Assembly: GCA_009103225.1 (NCBI GenBank)
Contig: RHPI01000585.1
Location: 186,001 to 249,330, forward strand
Source of the DNA: Chlorokybus atmophyticus
Lineage: Eukaryota > Plantae > Mesostigma and Chlorokybus algae
Reading direction: 5' to 3'
Length of the DNA: 63,330 bases
Shown: one piece after another, positions 1-12,400 of the stretch
Numbering within the stretch: the first letter of the stretch is position 1
How the letters are laid out: each line of letters begins with the position of its first letter
The notes under the pieces: model-generated
Told to the model about the DNA's origin: nothing
Seen by the model: only the letters and a program-made list of their open reading frames with translations
Database searches by the model: none
Position numbers and translations under genes: made by a program

Positions 1-3000
1 CTTCATCCATGCTTGGCTAACCTTGTCTCGAGCCTCTTGTTGCCGCCAAGCACGGTGTTGTGCAGCCATTTCCAGCTCTTGCAACTGAGTTTGAGCCATA
101 TAGACCAGCTCCGGAGGTCTCCCCTCCTCCATGTGCGTGGAGACACTCTCCCCCTCCTCCACATGGTCATAGTACATGTTGGTGCTGTCACCAAGCCATC
201 CCTTGACTGAACAGCGACTCAAGCACGCCCAAACAGCAGATGCGGATGTTGGAGACCTCTCAACACCCCCTTGCGTGATGCTCAACGGAAAGTAGGCCTT
301 CTCACCTCCTCCCACACGTCAACGCGGCCGAAAGAACCCTTGTTCGATCCAATTGTCAACGCCGCCGCCGACGGGGAACAAGAAGTCTTGTCCGAGCAGC
401 ACATCATACCCCTTCGCATCCGTGATGAGGCATCGAACCTTGAAGGTCGTGGTAGCACCTCCCAACGCAGTCAAGCATATGTCCACCGGCTGCACCGTTA
501 TGCCGCACACGGCCTCTACGGTTCCCGCCGAGGTATTGATCATGACCGGGCATGGCTCCCACTCCTTGGGGCTGAGTCCCATCCCTTTGACAGCTCTAGC
601 ACCCAAAATGACAGGTTGGGCACCTGTATCCACCAAGACAACATCCGGCACGAAGCCATTTAGGCTGATGTGCCCCCCTCGGTTGTCCACCATCGCCACA
701 TTTGGCGATATCTTTTCCCTCAAGGCCGGCCGAGTGGCGGGAAGCTGTGCCAACATCCCTCCTACACTCCCCACACCTTCCTCTAGCTTGTCTCCAAGCT
801 GAGTGAGAGAACTCGACGCCGACGCCGACCCCTCCGACGCCGCCAGCTCCGTGCGCGCAGCCATATGGCCTGTTTGCGCCACCATATCTTCATGAGACTT
901 GCTCACGTGATCATGAGACTTTGTCGAGGCAGTCCTTGTGGTGTCTAGAGCACTTTGCAACAGCTCCACCACGTGTTTCTTGCTGACTCTAAGGTCCTTC
1001 AAGCGAACAAGCGGCTGCCCGACCAGCTCCGCCGCAACGCTCTCCAACGGCGCCGTCAACCCCAAGTTTTCTTCATTGGCTTGAGTTGCGGGCTGTTGGG
1101 AAAGCATCTTGGCACCCTCAAGAAGCTTTACACACATTTGTAGCAGCTCCTCCACTCTCTTGTGCTCACCACCGCCACCGACGCCGACATCATGTTGCGC
1201 CGTTGCCGTAGCGGTCGGCTGCACTTTCGCACCCTCCGAGCGCGAACTCTCTTGCTCCAACGGGGTTGTTGGCAGCAACTTGAATGACATAGGCATGCGT
1301 GCAGCTGGTGCCCGCATCCTATCATGATCCACGCCCTCCTCGCGGACGGGCGCGGCCTCCTCCTCAACCATCCTAGTCGGGGGAGCTGGTGCAGCGTTTT
1401 TGCGTCCCGACGCTCTCGTCGTCGCAACCGCTGCCACCTTAGTGCCTTCGTGAAGCGCACTATACGCGAGGTAGCCTCCAGAGCTGCTTGCCTTATCCTC
1501 CGCTCCTCTCTCGGGCCATTTCCCTCGCTCGAGCATGCTCTTCAACGATGCATACTCCGATTGCATTGCCGCCAATGCCTTTGTCACCTCCGACATTGAT
1601 GGCTCCGCTCTCACACTCGAGTGAGCTCCGACTGCCCCTCCTTGTTGTGGACGCAGCTCCGGATGCTTACTCCAACACTTGGCATCGACATGCTCGCCCT
1701 TCTTGCAATGAGAGCACACCATCTTTTTGCCTTTCCCACAATTCCTTGCAATATGGCCTTGCTCGCCACACGACCAGCATTTGGCACCCGACACACCTTC
1801 CACAACCGCGTTGTTGGCGTGCTTGAACTCCTTTGGCTTCCCACCAGTTGCCTTGCTTGCCGCCGACGTCGCCGCGGGCTTGGAAGAGCTCTTCTCCTCC
1901 GAAATCTCAAGCAACTTCAACCCCCGACGCTGCCGGTCAATGTTCTTGAGGTACTCATGCTGAATTTCTGCCGTCTTGGCCACCTTGAAGACATCCGCAA
2001 GCGTGTATGTCCCGAACTCGGACTGAGTGGTCAACACGGTCTCCACCTTCAGCCTTAAGTCCGCCTCTAGTTGTTGAAGGTACACAACTGCCGCGGTCTG
2101 ATCCGTCATCACCTTGTAGTCCGTGTCCGTCAAGAGCTTGAGCATGCGCGTATACATCATCCTCGCCGTCTCCCCGACGTTGCGCTTGAAGAAACTCAGC
2201 TTACAAACATTGGCGGGTGTTGATTGTGGGTAGGTCTTCCTCAAGAGCGCCTTGAACTCAGTCACGGGCTGCTCCTTCTTCCACTCCGCTTCAAACGCAG
2301 CCGGTGCGCCGAGCCGCAACGCCCTCTCCCTCACCTCCAGCTGCTCCTTGAACTCTCTCCACGTGCCAAGAGCTTCATCCTTGAGGTATAGAGGCAACAT
2401 CTTGAAGGCTTTGTGCTCGTCCCACCCCGACTTGTCCCGGTACTCCCATTTGACCATCTCGGAGTCGAAGCGGTCGATGAAGTCCCGTAGGTCCGCCGTG
2501 CCAGGCCTCCCACTGAACCTCGGTGTGCTATCCATGCTTGCAGCTGAATCATGCATCTCTCCACCCACGTCCTCGATGTCGGACTCCTCGTCACTCGACA
2601 ACTCCACCTCTTCGGCAAGGCCCTCCTCCACCGGAATAATCCTTCCTTTCGCTCCTGTCTTCGAGGGCGGATTGGGTGGGCGTGACTGCCAGTCCTCTTC
2701 AGATCTGGTGGGCATGAACTCGCCTGCAACTTGCTTTTACCTCGAGCAAACTCAGCTGATGGGTTGGATGCAAGTGAAGGATGCGTGTCCCCTTGCAAAA
2801 GGTAGGCAAGATGACCACAACTTGACTTGCAATCAGCCGTTCACTCGTGTAGAACAGTCCAAACTCAATCCTCACTCAATGTACATGCTAAGGCAGCCCA
2901 TACGGTGCATCAAAGTCGCAACAGTGACACACACCCCTTCATGCACAGCAACGAACACGTGCACACACACCATACATCTAAGCATGTGCACAAGCATCCG

Positions 3001-4091
3001 CTCAGCCAAGAACCTCTTCCCAAAGGTGTTGCTTGCACTCCAGTAGGCTAACTTGCATCCAACCAACCTAGGAAACAAGCTAGCAAAGCCTTATATACCA
3101 TCGTCGAGCCCAAGCCCAACCAACTCTCCAACTACCCTAACTGTCAGTCTGCACCAGCATAGTAACAGTCATGATGGCGTTGATAAGTAACGGTAGACGG
3201 TTAGGAAAGGCTTATCCAAGCCTATCCTCTTCAAGTACACTTCAAGACGCATCTTTTGACGCCAACCCACGGCCAAACCGCCACTCCAACTGTAAGTTAT
3301 AGCTTCTTAAAGTCACAACTCCCAAACAGCTGCGCGGGATACTATAATGACTCAAATATGCTGTCAGCTCGGTATCTGACTGTAGATACGCCTCGAACAC
3401 AGCTCCCTCACGTCCATGAGGACCCAAACATGAGTTCTCAACAAAAACCCAACACATAAACCCTGTAAAATGGCTACGAGAGCCGAAATCCCAAGGTCCA
3501 TGCCGCCAGCCCCGAGGGCACTATGCGCATGACACTACATGCTCGCGCATGACACATGAATGCAACCAGACTGCAATGCACAACTTGCTTACATGCCCAA
3601 CCTACACCGCCCCTACCTTTAAACATGCGCCACACCCGCCTGTCTTGCTAATTACAGCATTAGTACGCCCGCCATGCACTTTCCCGCCACCCCCGCCGCC
3701 ACCAACCTCACAGGCCTTACCTACACACAGCCAAACAGGCTATCGGGAGTTAAAACTAGCCGTTTTCAACAGCCTGTGCACATACATGGGGCTTGAGCCC
3801 GTCAGTTCTGACGCTGCACTACACCAAATAATGTGATTTCAACGCCATCAGGTAGCCCACTGCCCATTTAAATATAAACAATAGTAACTCAGCCAATAAC
3901 CTCAATCACACACCTAGCACGGTCCTTGTCCGCAGAAAGTGTCCGGAATAACCCGCACTTACCCTAGGTCGATCAATTCAAGGGGTGATCCAGTTCGAGA
4001 GCGCTCACAACGTGTCAGCGATCCTTTAAGAGCAGCTGAGCGATCGTTTTGTGATCTCAGGATCACTTATCAGTAATCACGTGTTTTGACA
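1..4091 (-). mobile_element. Ty3/gypsy-type LTR retrotransposon, 5' portion (gag-protease; pol continues beyond window start). Right boundary approximate: candidate LTR ends at ~4009 or ~4091.
   Basis: 798-aa ORF 2715->319 with a gag-like region, zinc knuckles (CWSCGEQGHIARNC, CSHCKKGEHVDAKC) and aspartic protease motif VLVDTGAQ...VLLGQDFL. Candidate TG-starting ends on the minus strand: TGTGAGCG (4009) and TGTCAAAAC (4091). PBS and second LTR not identified. Confidence 0.8.
319..2715 (-). CDS. Retrotransposon Gag-protease polyprotein, ending at a single TGA after which the frame stays open to position 1
   Basis: CX2CX4HX4C knuckles and DTGA protease motif; intronless. I checked frame triplets 1-318 and found no further stop. 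Confidence 0.85.
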   Translation of the reverse strand: MPTRSEEDWQSRPPNPPSKTGAKGRIIPVEEGLAEEVELSSDEESDIEDVGGEMHDSAASMDSTPRFSGRPGTADLRDFIDRFDSEMVKWEYRDKSGWDEHKAFKMLPLYLKDEALGTWREFKEQLEVRERALRLGAPAAFEAEWKKEQPVTEFKALLRKTYPQSTPANVCKLSFFKRNVGETARMMYTRMLKLLTDTDYKVMTDQTAAVVYLQQLEADLRLKVETVLTTQSEFGTYTLADVFKVAKTAEIQHEYLKNIDRQRRGLKLLEISEEKSSSKPAATSAASKATGGKPKEFKHANNAVVEGVSGAKCWSCGEQGHIARNCGKGKKMVCSHCKKGEHVDAKCWSKHPELRPQQGGAVGAHSSVRAEPSMSEVTKALAAMQSEYASLKSMLERGKWPERGAEDKASSSGGYLAYSALHEGTKVAAVATTRASGRKNAAPAPPTRMVEEEAAPVREEGVDHDRMRAPAARMPMSFKLLPTTPLEQESSRSEGAKVQPTATATAQHDVGVGGGGEHKRVEELLQMCVKLLEGAKMLSQQPATQANEENLGLTAPLESVAAELVGQPLVRLKDLRVSKKHVVELLQSALDTTRTASTKSHDHVSKSHEDMVAQTGHMAARTELAASEGSASASSSLTQLGDKLEEGVGSVGGMLAQLPATRPALREKISPNVAMVDNRGGHISLNGFVPDVVLVDTGAQPVILGARAVKGMGLSPKEWEPCPVMINTSAGTVEAVCGITVQPVDICLTALGGATTTFKVRCLITDAKGYDVLLGQDFLFPVGGGVDNWIEQGFFRPR

Positions 4092-4517
4092 TAGCGGCAA
4101 GCGCCTCGGCAGCAACGACCGCCGCCGCCGGTGCCGCCGCCTCAGCGACCACCCCGGCGCTGACAGGCCTGATCTACAACTTTGTTCTTGTACTAGTAAC
4201 CCAGAGAAGGAGACGGTCCCACACGACAGCTGACGTCTTGCGTGGTGTGGATTGCTGGGCCTGCCGTTGCACCAGGCTGCACAAGCTGTTGAGTGTGAGA
4301 GGGGAGCTGTGACCTGGCTTCAAGAAGCTGGTCTGTGGGCCAAGCAGCCAGCCCTGCTCCTCATTTATACATGATACTTGTTCGCATGTAGTAATGCTAG
4401 TGGTTGCGCACTCAGCACATGGATGCGTGGTTAATGTGAGCGTTGCCGGTGGCAATGGACGTTAAATCTTGACGAGCAGCAAAGGCAACTTGTGAGCATA
4501 GCAGCAGTAGGAGCAGA

Positions 4518-7500
4518 ATGCGGTCGCAAGGATGGGGAGTGGCGTCAGGCTTGGGCTCTAATTGGGGCAGCTTTGAGCTGCCGGCACTCAGCCTGACGCA
4601 CCACGCCGCTTCGGCCATCCTGCTGACCGTCACAGTGTACCTGCTGCTCACAGCGCCGCCCGACCGAAACCCGTTGGAAACCTTGGAGCATCCTGGTAAG
4701 AGCACCACTAACAGCTACTTACAATTCAATGTTCAATCGGTGCGCTTGTTGGTCTCGCTATGCCTTGCATGAAGCTGCCGTCCCCGTCCCCGTCCCCTCC
4801 CCTCCCCCCCTAAACACATGCATACACACGCATAGACACAAGCGCACAGTTGCTCATGGCCATGCACAGCAGCTCTGCTGTGCATGTCCATGAGCTCGTA
4901 TGTATGCATGATAGCAATAGGATTGCAAGGGTAGCTTGTGGTACGAAGAAGAGTTTGGATGAGACTTCAAGCTATGCACACAGCAGTGGAAAAGTGAAGG
5001 TTGACTTCGCAACTTCTGTGTGTATAGCATGCTTGCAACAGTGTGCAGAATAGCGTGTTCTGCTAGATTACGTGGACTCAATGAGTGCTTCAGTGGTACT
5101 TGACCAAAGCGGATGGAGTTGAATTGCCAACCTGCAGACAGGGCTACAGCTGAGTGTGTACATCTTGGCGCTTGGCAGGTTTTTTGATACGGCCGTGCGC
5201 AAAGGGGAGTTGGGGCAGCTCATGTCCAAACGGCTGCGCCGGTCACGGGGACTGCGTGAAGGGGGGTTGCCAATGCAGAGATGGCTTTGTTGGTGCGGAC
5301 TGCAGCTTTGGTACGCATGCTTGCATGCCGCCACACCAAAGTTGTGCATAATTGCTATGTCAGCATGCATGACAGCATGCAGCAATGTCGTCACAAGCAG
5401 TGGCAGTCGCAACTCCATACAATTGTTCACACAGATTGTGACGTGTGATGATGGTCAGTGTGCATGTAAACACACATCATCAAGTGAAGCTTACCCTTTC
5501 ACAGAGGCTTGTCCCAACAACTGCACGAATAGAGGGAGCTGCACGCGAGGGTACTGCGTGTGCACAGCACAGTATGGTGGAGCGGACTGCTCCGTAGGTA
5601 CACATTGACATGTGTCAACAAACAGTGTTAGCTTGTTGGCACGAGCCCGTTGACATGCTTCTCTGTTTCTTAGATCGGTTGACGGTGCTCACGAAATCAC
5701 TGATGGACGGCATTGATTTCAAGCTAACCTTTCCGAATTCTTGCCCTTTCCTGACCAAAGAGGTGATTCTACCCAACACGTGTACATGCATGGTGTACAC
5801 CTCTTGCAAAGTTACTTAGCTTGTGATCTCACAGCGTGTTTGTGTGTGTGCGTGCTCAGGATTGCAACCGACACGGTGGCAATGAGACGCGGTTCTGGTC
5901 TGATGTGATGTCAAAGGAGCAGTCGTATCAGGTTCGTGTGTACACGCACATGGCAAAGCGTGTATGCGTGGGTGTGCACGCCCTGCATGTGTTGGTGCAT
6001 GGGTGTGGGTGCCTGTGCGTGCGTGCGCGTATGCTCTGAAAACAGTTGGCGTTGTTACAAGTCAAGGTGATTGGAACAGCATGTCCCTTAAAGTGTAGGC
6101 ATGCATCTGCATGCACATATACGTGTGTGCGTGTATGTACGTGTGCATGTGCGTGTGCGTGTTGCGACACGCTATGACCTGACTATGCACTGGCTGTCAA
6201 TTTCAAACAACAGTATTGTTATGTTTGCAACCAATGTTGGTCTGATATGCGCATCCGCCGCAGGTGCCCAAAGATCTGTACCAAGTGCTGCCAGACAAGT
6301 GTCCCACAATCACGCCAAAGACGTGTGGAGTTGTTGGAAACTCCGGGACTCTGCGATGGGGCACGCTGGGTGCAGAAATAGATGCACATGACTTGATATA
6401 TCGGTTCAATCAGGTACGCATGTGTGAACAACACGTTATGATGAATGACCTTGACAACAACAACGATAATTACACTAGAACCACCACCACCACCACCACC
6501 ACCAAGACTACAATAGTGCATCGTTGCACAACTTGGGCTTGATTATTCTGTGAAGCTCTGGATTTGTCTTCCACAGGGTCCCACCGAAGGCTATGAGTCG
6601 CATGTGGGCACGTTGACGTCTGTCGAGTCTTTGAATGCAAAGTTTGCGCACGCCCTCGCGCGGGCTGATGAAGGTGGGCATCCAGTGCGTGTGCAGGTCG
6701 TGGTTTAGATGAAGTCATGTATTGGTTTCAATCTGGCCTGCCAGGGGAGTGGCTGTGGAGGGAAACCACAACAGGGTACATCCTGTTTGAGCCCTGGAAG
6801 CTGAGAGATACATATGTAACAATTCGCCACAAGAATCCAGAGGTGCAAACAACATCCATGTGGGGTGCAGCTACTGTTTGGCAAACCTGTATTTGTGAGC
6901 TCAGATAACCAGCAAGAAGGAACTGAACGACCATTGTTGATACATGATGTAACAACTTCGTACTCAACAAATCTCTTCATGCAGATTCGGCTGTGGATGT
7001 TTGCACCAGAGTTTGTGGTCCAGGCGCATCGCATCTATGATCGCTTGCAGGTATGTGGTGATAGGGCGTGCGAGTACTACTTGTCACCGCTGGTGTGTGC
7101 GTATATGACTTAGCGCCTTATTCTTGATCAGGACAATTTGGAAAGGGAAGAGTTTGGTTGTTTTACCGGTGAGAAGCCCATGTCGGGCTTCTATGCAGCA
7201 CTGTGGCTGCTGTACACATGTGAATCGGTAAGTCGGCTACTGACTGTTGATGGCTGACACCTTCCAACTCTCCAACGGAGTATTGTATATGTGTCATGTA
7301 TGTTGCACCCGACAACTCATCACCACACTACTGTAGGTGGACTTGTATGGGTTTGTGCCATGGACAGACTCAATGTCACACGGTGGTGGCTGGCGCTATC
7401 ATTACTTTGATGGTATGCGCATACAATGCGTCGAGGTTGCAACGTGTGAGCACATGTGTGCAAGCCCCTCACACACACAAGCATGTTTTTAGGTGAAGAG

Positions 7501-8765
7501 CCGCGGCGTGGTGCCCACAGCTTCGACGCCACGTACTTCATGTACCAGCTTATGAGCATTACTCACCCCGAATTTGTTCTGCACGAGATCGCACCGCCGC
7601 CCAACCTTGGCAAGGAGGAAGAAGGGCAGGAGCTAGCTGATGTTGAAGATGAAGGCAAAGAAGAGGGCGGTGATGAGGATCAAGACAACACTGACGGGCA
7701 ACAGGTGCGTGTGTGGGTGCGTGCTTGTGTGCAAGCGTGTTTGCGTGTACGCGCGTACATGCGTTCACGGGTGTTCACACACAGGGTCATGCAGAAGTTG
7801 CATGAGTTACAACTAGTCTTGTTGTGTTGTTGCAGGATGGTGAGGGCACCATACGGCATGTATCCAAACGTAGAGAGCCAGATAAGGTGGATGATGAGGC
7901 TGCCGACCGCAAGCCGGACCGTCTCGCGGACATTACCACAGCTGAGGATGTCGTTGATGAGAATGAGGAAGAGGAGGAAGACACAGAGGTTGACGAGAAT
8001 GGTGATGGTGATGGTGATGGTGATGGCCATGGCAATGATAACAAGGACAGGCGAGCGGACAACATAGATGCCGAGGAAGACGAGCATGATGCAGCCAACA
8101 ACAATAATGATGATGATGATGATGATGATGCCGCCGCCATCAACAAGAGCAACGCTGGCATTCATCGCGAGACAAAGGGTGACACACGTGGAGATGGTGA
8201 TGGGGTTGAAGTTGAAGATGTAGCGAGCGGTACAGTGCGTGAAGAACAAGAGCATGAAGGCTCATTAATCAAAACCTTGGTGCTGGCCAAGCATGAAGAA
8301 GTGGAAGCAATTGACAGCAACCGTGCCACCAATGAAGCGCTTGATGCATCGAATCATCAACCACATGAAGAGAAGACTGCTGCACATGCTCGTGTCGACA
8401 ACGGCATTGCGTATCAAACAACCAATGCTCAACAGAACGAGCAGAGAGGCTCCAGTAGTTCAACAGACAGATCTGAGACCGGCCAAGGCTCCGGCGGTTA
8501 CCGAGCCAACACTGCCAGAGCAGGGTCGACACAAACCCAACATTCGTACCAATCAGTGCATCAAGGGCAGACAGTGTTGCGCAAGAGTGGAATCCAAGAC
8601 GCTCAGGAAAGGGCCACTCGATACTCCACGCAGAAGGGGATTCAAGTTGACACAAGGTCAAAAGGCTCAGGCTCTTCCTCTACGCTGAACCATCAAGAGT
8701 CGGGCTCTGATGAACGCAAACGAAATCCGTATAAAAGTAGATATGGCAATCGCATGAGGACTTGA
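4518..8765 (+). CDS. Glycosyltransferase family 29 (sialyltransferase-like) type II membrane protein with two EGF-like repeats and a long acidic C-terminal tail; ~12 exons
   Basis: N-terminal TM ([15 protein letters not shown]). EGF exons [28 protein letters not shown] (~5180-5310) and [28 protein letters not shown] (~5506-5597). Sialylmotif L ([11 protein letters not shown]...[26 protein letters not shown], 6264-6640), S ([23 protein letters not shown], ~7170-7355), III (HYFD) and VS-like (HSFDAT). D/E-rich last exon 7837-8765. Exons join in frame at GT-AG sites. Confidence 0.88.
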
Positions 8766-9402
8766 CAGCTAATCTGACATGCTCAGAAACAATAACATGG
8801 CTGCCGAGCATACATGACCTGAACTGTCTGCAACATATCACATCGCTCACAAGACAACTGCACTGCTAAACCTAGACTGTGTCTAGCGCGCAGCACTCTG
8901 GTCACATATTGGTTGTTGGAATGCATGACATCTGTGGGTACCCATGGATCCGCCCATCATCAATCCCAGTATGTTGCAGGCATTGCCGCATCTTGTTTGT
9001 GCAACCAACAGCCTGACACCTGGCAGTTCATTTCAACCCAGTGCTATATACCTGGCACCAGCATGGAGCGCGCCAGGCCAGGACATGTTGCATATTTGTT
9101 GGTCTCGTCCTCAAATTTGTGTAAGGACTAGGCTGCAACCTGCCAGCCAAGTCATCACATGGATACAAGTTCACTCTGTCGAGTAATGCCTATCCATTTA
9201 TGCACGTATGTACATAGGTGAGCACACCATGTCACTCTATTAGCCCCAGACCATGCATGCATGGTGATGCAATCGAGGTGAGCGGGCCAGTGTCCAGTCC
9301 AGTGCATGCAATCATGCGCTTAAGAGAACATGCCAACAGCCTGCGTCAATAGCAAACTACAATTAACAGCAACGCAGCGTGGCAGCAAAGCCATATCTAC
9401 AG

Positions 9403-12400
9403 TCAACTGTTTGCACCACTACTCGACGAGACAATGCGCCCAGGCTTCGATATCCTGAAGCGTCTGGGCGGCGTGTTGATCAGATGGCGTGCGTGGCGCC
9501 GCTTGTTGGTGGGTGCAAGCAGCACCTCGGGACAGCGCTTCTCCACAACTTCAGGCAACAAGTCCTTGCGCGTGATCACGCCGAGGACGCGCTGCGGCCG
9601 CGGAACGACCAGCAAATGACGCAAACCCAGCGTGCGGAAGATAGCATACACCTTGGTGAGAGACGCGTCTGCCGACACGCTGTACGGCGTGGTATTCACA
9701 AAAGGCCCGATGTCCAAGTACATGTCCAAGTCTTCGCCGCTGAGGGCCAGGTCATCAACAGTGAACCTCTTAGCTGTGGGATGCCGGATGAAGTCCTCCG
9801 CATGATGCCGCAAAGCCCTCCCCTGCGACTCGGCCAACGAGGCTGTGCCCTGGAAGTCCTGGCGAGACTGCAGCAGCACCAACAGGTCTGATCTCAACAC
9901 CGTCCCCAACACGCCAACATGTCCGCTCACAACAGGGAAGGCGTTGTGCTTGCAGCGCCTCAGCACGTCCACCAGACGGCCCACCCTCTCTATGCGCTGC
10001 AGCGTGACTGGCGGGCGCCGGCCGATTGCGTCCGTCGCAGTGAGGTGGCGATAAAACCGCTCGGGAGAAGGCTCCAGGTAAGGGATGCGCTTGATCGCCA
10101 TGTGGATGTCGGATATCGACGAGTTGAATGCGTCACCCACAGCCTTGGCGATCAGCAACACGAGCATGACAAGCGGCAGCAGCTTCAGATTGTTGGTGAT
10201 CTCCAGCATAACCACGCACAATGACACAGTCATGCGCATGGAGCCAGACATAAAGGATGCAGCGCCGAGGACGGCATACGTCCCTTCGTCGATGCGTTCC
10301 TGCCCGTACAATTTCACGACAAACATGCCCACGAGCCGTCCATATGCTGCGCCACACATGATGGACGGCACGAACAGGCCAGTCGGAACAGTCACGCCAT
10401 ATGTGATAACTGCAAGCGCGTAGAAGAGGATCAGGTAGGTGATTAAAGACTTCGCGGTGAACTCGCCAGCTGTGCTGGAGGAGAAGAGGTTGCGAATGGC
10501 ATCGTCCTGTGTGTTGAAGAAGAGTGTCGCCAGATCATTGTACTGGCCGCGTGTCTCGCCCTCGGGACAGTTGAAACGGATGAAGTTGCCATAGTGATGT
10601 GAGGGGCGCGGGCACACCACGTCAGGGTTCTCCGGGCACGCCGAGCACGCCGTGAAGAAGGGCACGAGGTATGAGCAGAGTGAGGTCAAACCCGTGATCA
10701 CGAGTACCTCAATCACGCGCGCGCGTGGACCACCGCGTCGCCAGAGCACAGCCTTCCTCCAGACCGTTAGATACATGTTGAGTTGGTTGAAGAGCGCACC
10801 AAGCAGCCCGCCTAGCACGCCGAGCATTGCCATAGGCACCAATTCAACAGTAGCGTAGTCTTCCTGTGCACCAGGCCCTGATATGTCAAAAATAATAAAT
10901 CCTCCACTTGAGAAGGCTCCACACGCGCCCTTGGCGCACCACTGCATGCAAGCCCGCACGGTCACGGCCACAACAGCTGTGGTGAACAAGCAGCGCCATA
11001 GCAAAGCTCCTCTCCACCAGGTGGCCTCCTCGAGAGCGAACAACACGCCGCCAACAGGGGATCGAAAAGCCGCAGCCACACCGGCTGCTGCGCCGCAGGT
11101 GACGAGATCGCGCCGATCTCTATCGTTTGCAGCCGGCCGACCTGCTGCCGTAGACAAGAGGGAAGCCAAACAGGCTCCTATGTGCACCATAGGACCCTCT
11201 TTGCCAAGCGCCAAGCCTCCAGCCACAGCACCCACTGAAGCCAGCATCTGCATGTTCAAGCACCGCACTCAGTGACCTGCTGTCAACAAGTGTCGTGGTG
11301 CGAGCATGATAACTGAGACAGAAGGAACAAGCCATAAAGGTGCCCGTGTATGCTAGCACATGTTACTTAAGAAAGGACATGTATGATAAGACAGGCGCGT
11401 TGCATGCCATTACATGTTTATGCAGAACAAGCAGTTGTAAGCCAATGAGTTGCACATGCGTGCTGCCGGTTGTTGATGACACGCAGTTGTACACTTGCAT
11501 GCGGAACCCTCACCTTGGCAATGAGCGTGCGTGGGAGCAATGCGCCAGGAATGTCCACTCCATTCAAGTATGCTTTGACATCGGCAATGCCTGAGCCGGC
11601 CGCACTTGGTGCGTAGTAGTTGACTAGCAATGTCGAGGACAGCACCAGGACTAAGTTGAACAATGTATACACAATGAAGCCCAGCACGTACGACACCCTC
11701 ATCACCCCGAACGTCGCAGCAAACTTGAGCCCCGCGGCATTCTCAACACCAAGGTTAATGACAAATGCCGCCAACCCCGTGCACAGCCCCAGCACAAGAG
11801 CCAGCACCCATTTCACCGTCACGTACGCCAATTTGTCCAGTCGCCCCCTTGAAGCCTGCATAAAAACTTCATCTATTGGCATAAAGGGGTTGCGTGCTGA
11901 AGCTCTGTTGATAACATACATGCTGCTGAGAAGTAGAGAATGCTGAACTGACTGCACTACTGCAACATGTGCAGGAACCAAATCAAGCCTGCAGGTTGCA
12001 CAAACACCAAGCGCCGAAGGACATGCAGTGGACGAATGGAGCTAGTGTGCAGATAGATCAAGATAGATGACATGGGACTGTCGAAGTGACGGTGTAACTC
12101 AAAATGCCCGAATACATACAGAGTGACTGCTTGGTGCAAATGCCATTGCATTGCGTGTTTTTCACTTTTGGGGGGTGGGGGGCAACTGCTGTGCACAACC
12201 TACCAGCGCAGGCATGCAAGTATGCACAATCAACAGCAGCTTAGTTGGATGACCTGACTAGACAGTGCACTCAATTGCTGGCCACTCTCCAAATGAAACG
12301 CAATGGCCTTAGCAGCTTAGGGAAGGGCTAACGACATTGCGTATGCCGCACCATGGTTACCTAACTGAAAACAAAGACAATGCACTGCTGCATCCAGCCA

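Noticed and set aside
3240-3520. Candidate primer-binding sites for the retrotransposon (e.g. minus-strand CA-GT-TGGAGTGGCGG at ~3290; CA-TGGACCTTGGG at ~3500)
   Set aside because: I could not match any to a tRNA 3' end, and the second LTR is outside the window, so LTR limits cannot be fixed.
7680-8255. Hydrophobic minus-strand ORF ([16 protein letters not shown]) that looks like a membrane protein
   Set aside because: It is the antisense shadow of the GAT/GGT repeats encoding the acidic tail of the GT29 gene.
9250-9265. 16-bp palindrome ACCATGCATGCATGGT
   Set aside because: Built from the ubiquitous GCAT repeat; expected in this low-complexity background.
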